Of a stretch of 64,000 nt of DNA, positions 53,401-64,000 are shown piece by piece. The translations under genes and the position numbers were made by a program. This stretch comes from the human T2T-CHM13v2.0 reference genome, Homo sapiens. A model generated the notes under the pieces. It saw nothing but the letters and a program-made list of their open reading frames with translations. It did not search any database and was not told where the DNA came from. The first letter of the stretch is position 1. Each line of letters starts with the position of its first letter. The stretch lies in assembly GCF_009914755.1 (NCBI RefSeq), contig NC_060925.1. One strand, written 5' to 3'.

Positions 53401-54904
53401 GTGTGCGTTCAACTCACAGAGTTTAACCTTTCTTTTCATAGAGCAGTTAGGAAACACTCTGTTTGTAAAGTCTGCAAGTGGATATTCAGACCTCCTTGAG
53501 GCCTTCGTTGGAAACGGGATTTCTTCATATTCTGCTAGACAGAAGAATTCTCAGTAACTTCCTTGTGTTGTGTTTATTCAACTCACAGAGTTGAATGATC
53601 CTTTACACAGAGCAGACTTGAAACACTCTTTTTGTGGAATTTGCAAGTGGAGATTTCAGCCGCTTTGAGGTCAATGGTAGAAAAGTAAATATCTTCCTAT
53701 AAAGACTAGACAGAATGATTCTCAGAAACTCCTTTGTGATGTGTGCGTTCAACTCACAGAGTTTAACCTTTCTGTTCATAGAGCCGTTAGGAAACACTCT
53801 GTTTGTAAAGTCTGCAAGTGGATATTCAGACCTCTTTGAGGCCTTCGTTGGAAACGGGATTTCTTCATATTCTGCTAGACAGAAGAATTCTCAGTAACTT
53901 CCTTGTGTTGTGTGTATTCAACTCACAGAGTTGAATGATCCTTTACACAGAGCAGACTTGAAACACTCTTTTTGTGGAATTTGCAAGTGGAGATTTCAGC
54001 CGCTTTGAGGTCAATGGTAGAATAGGAAATATCTTCCTATAGAAACTAGACAGAACGATTCTCAGAAACTCCTTTGTGATGTGTGCGTTCAACTCACAGA
54101 GTTTAACCTTTCTTTTCATAGAGCAGTTAGGAAACACTCTGTTTGTAAAGTCTGCAAGTGGATATTCAGACCTCCTTGAGGCCTTCGTTGGAAACGGGAT
54201 TTCTTCATATTCTGCTAGACAGAAGAATTCTCAGTAACTTCCTTCTGTTGTGTTTATTCAACTCACAGAGTTGAATGATCCTTTACACAGAGCAGACTTG
54301 AAACACTCTTTTTGTGGAATTTGCAAGTGGAGGTTTCAGCCGCTTTGAGGTCAATGGTAGAAAAGTAAATATCTTCGTATAAAGACTAGACAGAATGATT
54401 CTCAGAAACTCCTTTGTGATGTGTGCGTTCAACTCACAGAGTTTAACCTTTCTGTTCATAGAGCTGTTAGGAAACACTCTGTTTGTAGAGTCTGCAAGTG
54501 GATATTCAGACCTCCTTTAGGCCTTCGTTGGAAACGGGATTTCTTCATATTCTGCTAGACAGAAGAATTCTCAGTAACTTCCTTGTGTTGTGTGTATTCA
54601 ACTTACAGAGTTGAACGATCCTTTACACAGAGCAGACTTGAAACACTCTTTTTGTGGAATTTGCAAGTGGAGATTTCAGCCGCTTTGAGGTCAATAGTAG
54701 AAAAGGAAATATCTTCGTAGAAAAACTAGACAGAATGATTCTCAGAAACTCCTTTGTGATGTGTGTGTTCAACTCACAGAGTTTAACCTTTCTTTTCATA
54801 GAGCAGTTAGTAAACACTCTGTTTATAAAGTCTGCAAGTGGATATTCAGACCCCTTTGAGGCCTTCGTTGGAAACGGGATTTCTTCATATTATGCTAGAC
54901 AGAA
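47426..54904 (+). repeat. 16-mer + 12-mer + 16-mer HOR units
   Basis: Anchors 47451, 50171, 52210, 54930 (spacings 2720, 2039, 2720). Confidence 0.87.
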
Positions 54905-57900
54905 GAATTCTCAGTAACTTCCTTGTGTTGTGTGTATTCAACTGACAGAGTTGAACTTTCATTTAGAGAGAGCAGATTTGAAACACTGTTTTTGTGGAAT
55001 TTGCAAGTGGAGATTTCAAGCGCTTTGGGGCCAAAGGCAGAAAAGGAAATATCTTCGTATAAAAACTAGACAGAATCATTCTCAGAAACTGCTGCGTGAT
55101 GTGTGCGTTCAACTCTCAGAGTTTAACTTTTCTTTTCATTCAGCGGTTTGGAAACACTCTGTTTGTAAAGTCTGCACGTGGAAATTTTGACCACTTAGAG
55201 GCCTTCGTTGGAAACGGGTTTTTTTCATGTAAGGCTAGACAGAAGAATTCCCAGTAACTTCCTTGTGTTGTGTGCATTCAACTCACAGAGTTGAACGTTC
55301 CCTTAGACAGAGCAGATTTGAAACACTCTATTTGTGCAATTTGCAAGTGTAGATTTCAAGCGCTTTAAGGTCAACGGCAGAAAAGGAAATATCTTCGTTT
55401 CAAAACTAGACAGAATCATTCCCACAAACTGCGTTGTGATGTGTTCGTTCAACTCACAGAGTTTAACCTTTCTGTTCATAGAGCAGTTAGGAAACACTCT
55501 GTTTGTAAAGTCTGTAAGTGGATATTCTGACATCTTGTGGCCTTCGTTGGAAACGGGATTTCTTCATATTCTGCTAGACAGAAGAATTCTCAGTAACTTC
55601 CTTGTGTTGTGTGTATTCAACTCACAGAGTTGAACGATCCTTTACACAGAGCAGACTTGAAACACTCTTTTTGTGGAATTTGCAAGTGGAGATTTCAGCC
55701 GCTTTGAGGTCAATGGTAGAAAAGGAAACTATCTTCATATAAAGATTAGACAGAATGATTCTCAGAAAATCTTTTGTGATGTGTGCGTTCAACTCACAGA
55801 GTTTAACTTTTCTTCTCATAGAGCAGTTAGGAAACACTCTGTTTGTAAAGTCTGCAAGTGGATATTCAGACCTCTTTGAGGTCTTCGTTGGAAACGGGAT
55901 TTCTTCATATTATGCTAGACAGAATAATTCTCAGTAACTTCCTTGTGTTGTGTGTATTCAACTCACAGAGTTGAAGGATCCTTTACAGAGAGCAGGCTTG
56001 AAACACTCTTTTTGTCGAATTTGCAAGTGGAGATTTCAGCCGCTTTGTGGTCAATGGTAGAATAGGAAATATCTTCTTATAGAAACTAGACAGAATGATT
56101 CTCATAAACTCCTTTGTGATGTGTGCGTTCAACTCACAGAGTTTAACCTTTCTTTTCATAGAGCAGTTAGGAAACACTCTGTTTGTAAAGTCTGCAAGTG
56201 GATATTCAGACCTCCTTGAGGCCTTCGTTGGAAACGGGATTTCTTCATATTCTGCTAGACAGAAGAATTCTCAGTAACTTCCTTGTGTTGTGTTTATTCA
56301 ACTCACAGAGTTGAATGATCCTTTACACAGAGCAGACTTGAAACACTCTTTTTGTGGAATTTGCAAGTGGAGATTTCAGCCGCTTTGAGGTCAATGGTAG
56401 AAAAGTAAATATCTTCCTATAAAGACTAGACAGAATGATTCTCAGAAACTCCTTTGTGATGTGTGCGTTCAACTCACAGAGTTTAACCTTTCTGTTCATA
56501 GAGCTGTTAGGAAACACTCTGTTTGTAAAGTCTGCAAGTGGATATTCAGACCTCTTTTAGGCCTTCGTTGGAAACGGGATTTCTTCATATTCTGCTAGAC
56601 AGAAGAATTCTCAGTAACTTCCTTGTGTTGTGTGTATTCAACTCACAGAGTTGAACGATCCTTTACACAGAGCAGACTTGAAACACTCTTTTTGTCGAAT
56701 TTGCAAGTGGAGATTTCAGCCGCTTTGAGGTCAATGGTAGAAAAGTAAATATCTTCGTATAAAGACTAGACAGAATGATTCTTAGAAACTCCTTTGTGAT
56801 GTGTGCGTTCAACTCACAGAGTTTAACCTTTCTGTTCATAGAGCAGTTAGGAAACACTCTGTTTGTAAAGTCTGCAAGTGGATATTCAGACCTCTTTTAG
56901 GCCTTCGTTGGAAACGGGATTTCTTCATATTCTGCTAGACAGAAGAATTCTCAGTAACTTCCTTGTGTTGTGTGTATTCAACTCACAGAGTTGAACAATC
57001 CTTTACACAGAGCAGACTTGAAACACTCTTTTTGTGGAATTTGCAAGTGGAGATTTCAGCCGCTTTGAGGTCAATGGTAGAAAAGGAAATATCTTCGTAT
57101 AAAGACTAGACAGAATGATTCTCATAAACTCCTTTGTGATGTGTGCGTTCAACTCACAGAGTTTAACTTTTCTTTTCATAGAGCAGTTAGGAAACACTCT
57201 GTTTGTAAAGTCTGCAAGTGGATATTCAGACCTCTTTGAGGCCTGCGTTGGAAACGGGATTTCTTCATATTCTGCTAGACAGAAGAATTCTCAGTAACTT
57301 CCTTGTGTTGTGTGTATTCAACTCACAGAGTTGAACGATCCTTTACACAGAGCAGACTTGAAACATTCTTTTTGTGGAATTTGCAAGTGGAGATTTCAGC
57401 CGCTTTGAGGTCAATGGTAGAATAGGAAATATCTTCCTACAGAAACTAGACAGAACGATTCTCAGAAACTCCTTTGTGATGTGTGCGTTGAACTCACAGA
57501 GTTTAACCTTTCTTTTCATAGAGCAGTTAGGAAACACTCTGTTTGTAAAGTCTGCAAGTGGATATTCAGACCTCTTTGAGGCCTTCGTTGGAAACGGGAT
57601 TTCTTCATATTCTGCTAGACAGAAGAATTCTCAGTAACTTCCTTGTGTTGTGTGTATTCAACTCACAGAGTTGAAGGATCCTTTACACAGAGCAGACTTG
57701 AAACACTCTTTTTGTGGAATTTGCAAGTGGAGATTTCAGCCGCTTTGAGGTCAATAGTAGAAAAGGAAATATCTTCGTAGAAAAACTAGACAGAATGATT
57801 CTCAGAAACTCCTTTGTGATGTGTGTGTTCAACTCACAGAGTTTAACCTTTCTTTTCATAGAGCAGTTAGTAAACACTCTGTTTATAAAGTCTGCAAGTG

Positions 57901-57964
57901 GATATTCAGACCCCTTTGAGGCCTTCGTTGGAAACGGGATTTCTTCATATTATGCTAGACAGAA
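54905..57964 (+). repeat. 18-mer HOR variant (A B g h i/j c d e f), 3060 bp
   Basis: Anchor 54930->57990. It is the longest unit in the window. Confidence 0.84.
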
Positions 57965-60900
57965 GAATTCTCAGTAACTTCCTTGTGTTGTGTGTATTCA
58001 ACTGACAGAGTTGAACTTTCATTTAGAGAGAGCAGATTTGAAACACTGTTTTTGTGGAATTTGCAAGTGGAGATTTCAAGCGCTTTGGGGCCAAAGGCAG
58101 AAAAGGAAATATCTTCGTATAAAAACTAGACAGAATCATTCTCAGAAACTGCTGCGTGATGTGTGCGTTCAACTCTCAGAGTTTAACTTTTCTTTTCATT
58201 CAGCGGTTTGGAAACACTCTGTTTGTAAAGTCTGCACGTGGAAATTTTGACCACTTAGAGGCCTTCGTTGGAAACGGGATTTTTTCATGTAAGGCTAGAC
58301 AGAAGAATTCCCCGTAACTTCCTTGTGTTGTGTGCATTCAACTCACAGAGTTGAACGTTCCCTTAGACAGAGCAGATTTGAAACACTCTATTTGTGCAAT
58401 TTGCAAGTGTAGTTTTCAAGCTCTTTAAGGTCAACGGCAGAAAAGGAAATATCTTGGTTTCAAAACTAGACAGAATCATTCCCACAAACTGCGTTGTGAT
58501 GTGTTCGTTCAACTCACAGAGTTTAACCTTTCTGTTCATAGAGCAGTTAGGAAACACTCTGTTTGTAAAGTCTGTAAGTGGATATTCTGACATCTTGTGG
58601 CCTTCGTTGGAAACGGGATTTCTTCATATTCTGCTAGACAGAAGAATTCTCAGTAACTTCCTTGTGTTGTGTGTATTCAACTCACAGAGTTGAATGATCC
58701 TTTACACAGAGCAGACATGAAACACTCTTTTTGTGGAATTTGCAAGTGGAGATTTCAGCCGCTTTGAGGTCAATGGTAGAAAAGTAAATATCTTCGTATA
58801 AAGACTAGACAGAATGATTCTTAGAAACTCCTTTGTGATGTGTGCGTTCAACTCACAGAGTTTAACCTTTCTGTTCATAGAGCAGTTAGGAAACACTCTG
58901 TTTGTAAAGTCTGCAAGTGGATATTCAGACCTCCTTTAGGCCTTCGTTGGAAACGGGATTTCTTCATATTCTGCTAGACAGAAGAATTCTCAGTAACTTC
59001 CTTGTGTTGTGTGTATTCAACTCACAGAGTTGAACAATCCTTTACACAGAGCAGACTTGAAACACTCTTTTTGTGGAATTTGCAAGTGGAGATTTCAGCC
59101 GCTTTGAGGTCAATGGTAGAAAAGGAAATATCTTCGTATAAAGACTAGACAGAATGATTCTCATAAACTCCTTTGTGATGTGTGCGTTCAACTCACAGAG
59201 TTTAACTTTTCTTTTCATAGAGCAGTTAGGAAACACTCTGTTTGTAAAGTCTGCAAGTGGATATTCAGACCTCTTTGAGGCCTTCGTTGGAAACGGGATT
59301 TCTTCATATTCTGCTAGACAGAAGAATTCTCAGTAACTTCCTTGTGTTGTGTGTATTCAACTCACAGAGTTGAACGATCCTTTACACAGAGCAGACTTGA
59401 AACATTCTTTTTGTGGAATTTGCAAGTGGAGATTTCAGCCGCTTTGTGGTCAATGGTAGAATAGGAAATATCTTCCTATAGAAACTAGACAGAACGATTC
59501 TCAGAAACTCCTTTGTGATGTGTGCGTTCAACTCACAGAGTTTAACCTTTCTTTTCATAGAGCAGTTAGGAAACACTCTGTTTGTAAAGTCTGCAAGTGG
59601 ATATTCAGACCTCCTTGAGGCCTTCGTTGGAAACGGGATTTCTTCATATTCTGCTAGACAGAAGAATTCTCAGTAACTTCCTTGTGTTGTGTGTATTCAA
59701 CTCACAGAGTTGAACGATCCTTTACACAGAGCAGACTTGAAACATTCTTTTTGTGGAATTTGCAAGTGGAGATTTCAGCCGCTTTGAGGTCAATAGTAGA
59801 AAAGGAAATATCTTCGTAGAAAAACTAGACAGAATGATTCTCAGAAACTCCTTTGTGATGTGTGTGTTCAACTCACAGAGTTTAACCTTTCTTTTCATAG
59901 AGCAGTTAGTAAACACTCTGTTTATAAAGTCTGCAAGTGGATATTCAGACCCCTTTGAGGCCTTCGTTGGAAACGGGATTTCTTCATATTATGCTAGACA
60001 GAAGAATTCTCAGTAACTTCCCTGTGTTGTGTGTATTCAACTGACAGAGTTGAACTTTCATTTAGAGAGAGCAGATTTGAAACACTGTTTTTGTGGAATT
60101 TGCAAGTGGAGATTTCAAGCGCTTTGGGGCCAAAGGCAGAAAAGGAAATATCTTCGTATAAAAACTAGACAGAATCATTCTCAGAAACTGCTGCGTGATG
60201 TGTGCGTTCAACTCTCAGAGTTTAACTTTTCTTTTCATTCAGCGGTTTGGAAACACTCTGTTTGTAAAGTCTGCATGTGGAAATTTTGACCACTTAGAGG
60301 CCTTCGTTGGAAACGGGTTTTTTTCATGTAAGGCTAGACAGAAGAATTCCCAGTAACTTCCTTGTGTTGTGTGCATTCAACTCACAGAGTTGAACGTTCC
60401 CTTAGACAGAGCAGATTTGAAACACTCTATTTGTGCAATTTGCAAGTGTAGATTTCAAGCGCTTTAAGGTCAACGGCAGAAAAGGAAATATCTTCGTTTC
60501 AAAACTAGACAGAATCATTCCCACAAACTGCGTTGTGATGTGTTCGTTCAACTCACAGAGTTTAACCTTTCTGTTCATAGAGCAGTTAGGAAACACTCTG
60601 TTTGTAAAGTCTGTAAGTGGATATTCTGACATCTTGTGGCCTTCGTTGGAAACGGGATTTCTTCATATTCTGCTAGACAGAAGAATTCTCAGTAACTTCC
60701 TTGTGTTGTGTGTATTCAACTCACAGAGTTGAACGATCCTTTACACAGAGCAGACTTGAAACACTCTTTTTGTGGAATTTGCAAGTGGAGATTTCAGCCG
60801 CTTTGAGGTCAATGGTAGAAAAGGAAACTATCTTCATATAAAGATTAGACAGAATGATTCTCAGAAAATCTTTTGTGATGTGTGCGTTCAACTCACAGAG

Positions 60901-62723
60901 TTTAACTTTTCTTCTCATAGAGCAGTTAGGAAACACTCTGTTTGTAAAGTCTGCAAGTGGATATTCAGACCTCTTTGAGGTCTTCGTTGGAAACGGGATT
61001 TCTTCATATTATGCTAGACAGAATAATTCTCAGTAACTTCCTTGTGTTGTGTGTATTCAACTCACAGAGTTGAAGGATCCTTTACAGAGAGCAGGCTTGA
61101 AACACTCTTTTTGTCGAATTTGCAAGTGGAGATTTCAGCCGCTTTGTGGTCAATGGTAGAATAGGAAATATCTTCTTATAGAAACTAGACAGAATGATTC
61201 TCATAAACTCCTTTGTGATGTGTGCGTTCAACTCACAGAGTTTAACCTTTCTTTTCATAGAGCAGTTAGGAAACACTCTGTTTGTAAAGTCTGCAAGTGG
61301 ATATTCAGACCTCCTTGAGGCCTTCGTTGGAAACGGGATTTCTTCATATTCTGCTAGACAGAAGAATTCTCAGTAACTTCCTTGTGTTGTGTTTATTCAA
61401 CTCACAGAGTTGAATGATCCTTTACACAGAGCAGACTTGAAACACTCTTTTTGTGGAATTTGCAAGTGGAGATTTCAGCCGCTTTGAGGTCAATGGTAGA
61501 AAAGTAAATATCTTCCTATAAAGACTAGACAGTATGATTCTCAGAAACTCCTTTGTGATGTGTGCGTTCAACTCACAGAGTTTAACCTTTCTGTTCATAG
61601 AGCCGTTAGGAAACACTCTGTTTGTAAAGTCTGCAAGTGGATATTCAGACCTCTTTGAGGCCTTCGTTGGAAACGGGATTTCTTCATATTATGCTAGACA
61701 GAAGAATTCTCAGTAACTTCCTTGTGTTGTGTGTATTCAACTCACAGAGTTGAACGATCCTTTACACAGAGCAGACTTGAAACATTCTTTTTGTGGAATT
61801 TGCAAGTGGAGATTTCAGCCGCTTTGAGGTCAATGGTAGAATAGGAAATATCTTCCTATAGAAACTAGACAGAACGATTCTCAGAAACTCCTTTGTGATG
61901 TGTGCGTTCAACTCACAGAGTTTAACCTTTCTTTTCATAGAGCAGTTAGGAAACACTCTGTTTGTAAAGTCTGCAAGTGGATATTCAGACCTCCTTGAGG
62001 CCTTCGTTGGAAACGGGATTTCTTCATATTCTGCTAGACAGAAGAATTCTCAGTAACTTCCTTGTGTTGTGTTTATTCAACTCACAGAGTTGAATGATCC
62101 TTTACACAGAGCAGACTTGAAACACTCTTTTTGTGGAATTTGCAAGTGGAGATTTCAGCCGCTTTGAGGTCAATGGTAGAAAAGTAAATATCTTCGTATA
62201 AAGACTAGACAGAATGATTCTCAGAAACTCCTTTGTGATGTGTGCGTTCAACTCACAGAGTTTAACCTTTCTGTTCATAGAGCTGTTAGGAAACACTCTG
62301 TTTGTAAAGTCTGCAAGTGGATATTCAGACCTCCTTTAGGCCTTCGTTGGAAACGGGATTTCTTCATATTCTGCTAGACAGAAGAATTCTCAGTAACTTC
62401 CTTGTGTTGTGTGTATTCAACTCACAGAGTTGAACGATCCTTTACACAGAGCAGACTTGAAACACTCTTTTTGTGGAATTTGCAAGTGGAGATTTCAGCC
62501 GCTTTGAGGTCAATAGTAGAAAAGGAAATATCTTCGTAGAAAAACTAGACAGAATGATTCTCAGAAACTCCTTTGTGATGTGTGTGTTCAACTCACAGAG
62601 TTTAACCTTTCTTTTCATAGAGCAGTTAGTAAACACTCTGTTTATAAAGTCTGCAAGTGGATATTCAGACCCCTTTGAGGCCTTCGTTGGAAACGGGATT
62701 TCTTCATATTATGCTAGACAGAA
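57965..62723 (+). repeat. 12-mer (B') + 16-mer HOR units (4759 bp together)
   Basis: Anchors 57990, 60029, ~62749. Confidence 0.87.
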
Positions 62724-64000
62724 GAATTCTCAGTAACTTCCTTGTGTTGTGTGTATTCAACTGACAGAGTTGAACTTTCATTTAGAGAGAGCAGATTTGA
62801 AACACTGTTTTTGTGGAATTTGCAAGTGGAGATTTCAAGCGCTTTGGGTCAAAGGCAGAAAAGGAAATATCTTCGTATAAAAACTAGACAGAATCATTCT
62901 CAGAAACTGCTGCGTGATGTGTGCGTTCAACTCTCAGAGTTTAACTTTTCTTTTCATTCAGCGGTTTGGAAACACTCTGTTTGTAAAGTCTGCACGTGGA
63001 AATTTTGACCACTTAGAGGCCTTCGTTGGAAACGGGTTTTTTTCATGTAAGGCTAGACAGAAGAATTCCCAGTAACTTCCTTGTGTTGTGTGCATTCAAC
63101 TCACAGAGTTGAACGTTCCCTTAGACAGAGCAGATTTGAAACACTCTATTTGTGCAATTTGCAAGTGTAGATTTCAAGCGCTTTAAGGTCAACGGCAGAA
63201 AAGGAAATATCTTCGTTTCAAAACTAGACAGAATCATTCCCACAAACTGCGTTGTGATGTGTTCGTTCAACTCACAGAGTTTAACCTTTCTGTTCATAGA
63301 GCAGTTAGGAAACACTCTGTTTGTAAAGTCTGTAAGTGGATATTCTGACATCTTGTGGCCTTCGTTGGAAACGGGATTTCTTCATATTCTGCTAGACAGA
63401 AGAATTCTCAGTAACTTCCTTGTGTTGTGTGTATTCAACTCACAGAGTTGAACGATCCTTTACACAGAGCAGACTTGAAACACTCTTTTTGTGGAATTTG
63501 CAAGTGGAGATTTCAGCCGCTTTGAGGTCAATGGTAGAAAAGGAAACTATCTTCATATAAAGATTAGACAGAATGATTCTCAGAAAATCTTTTGTGATGT
63601 GTGCGTTCAACTCACAGAGTTTAACTTTTCTTCTCATAGAGCAGTTAGGAAACACTCTGTTTGTAAAGTCTGCAAGTGGATATTCAGAACTCTTTGAGGT
63701 CTTCGTTGGAAACGGGATTTCTTCATATTATGCTAGACAGAATAATTCTCAGTAACTTCCTTGTGTTGTGTTTATTCAACTCACAGAGTTGAATGATCCT
63801 TTACACAGAGCAGACTTGAAACACTCTTTTTGTGGAATTTGCAAGTGGAGATTTCAGCCGCTTTGAGGTCAATGGTAGAAAAGTAAATATCTTCCTATAA
63901 AGACTAGACAGAATGATTCTCAGAAACTCCTTTGTGATGTGTGCGTTCAACTCACAGAGTTTAACCTTTCTGTTCATAGAGCCGTTAGGAAACACTCTGT
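62724..64000 (+). repeat. Partial HOR unit (A B g i...), lacking dimer h, truncated by the window end
   Basis: The g dimer (ORF 63440) is followed directly by an i-type dimer (ORF 63801), with no BamHI-bearing h dimer. Confidence 0.8.

Larger units (their letters stand above)
1..64000 (+). repeat. Centromeric alpha-satellite HOR array, SF1 dimeric family (~340 bp dimer of two ~170 bp monomers), probably S1C1/5/19H1L (D1Z7/D5Z2/D19Z3)
   Basis: The 340-bp period is continuous across the window (ORF track steps of 339-341). Typical alphoid motifs are present (CATTCTCAGAAACT, TTCAACTCACAGAGTT, TTGAAACACTCTTTTTGTGGAATTTGCAAGTGGA). A CENP-B box and GAATTC occur about once per dimer. Alpha satellite/SF1 is certain. 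The 1/5/19 assignment comes from recognising a divergent tetramer plus near-identical dimers, not from a search. Confidence 0.97.

Noticed and set aside
246-63995. Hundreds of 60-99 aa ORFs on both strands
   Set aside because: They recur with the 340-bp satellite period and overlap on opposite strands. Many rely on GTG/TTG starts, and none resembles a protein family I recognise. They are chance open frames in alpha satellite, used here only as markers.
146-64000. CRISPR-like array (regularly spaced conserved motif)
   Set aside because: The intervening sequences are themselves near-identical repeats of ~320 bp, not unique spacers, and there are no cas genes. The motif is the CENP-B box.
1-64000. 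Transposon insertion (L1/Alu), inversion or foreign island
   Set aside because: The 339-341 bp phase is unbroken apart from the two 336-bp dimers. All CENP-B boxes are on the + strand, and I saw no poly-A tail, target-site duplication or non-alphoid sequence.

Overview
The whole 64 kb is one uninterrupted, single-orientation primate (almost certainly human) centromeric alpha-satellite array. It holds about 376 monomers of ~170 bp, arranged as about 188 dimers of ~340 bp, with a CENP-B box (CTTCGTTGGAAACGGGA) in every second monomer and an EcoRI site in most dimers. This is suprachromosomal family 1 (SF1), and the sequence looks like the live array shared by chromosomes 1, 5 and 19 (D1Z7/D5Z2/D19Z3; S1C1/5/19H1L). 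I saw no real gene, RNA gene, transposon, CRISPR array or inversion, and all ORFs in the track are repeat artefacts. I found no new protein-coding system. The informative signal is the higher-order architecture. Diagnostic SNVs let me type the dimers as A, B, c-k. A divergent A-B tetramer recurs 29 times and is followed by one of two ordered dimer runs: short (A B c d e f, 12-mer, 2039 bp) or long (A B g h i e j f, 16-mer, 2720 bp). These often alternate as a 28-mer (4759 bp) super-repeat. Also present are 10-, 12-, 14- and 18-mer deletion or hybrid variants, nested tandem duplications (periods 3739, 2720, 6118 and 6794 bp) marked by private SNVs, short conversion-like tracts, and three mutated CENP-B boxes. 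All typing was done by eye with help from the ORF track, so breakpoints are approximate.
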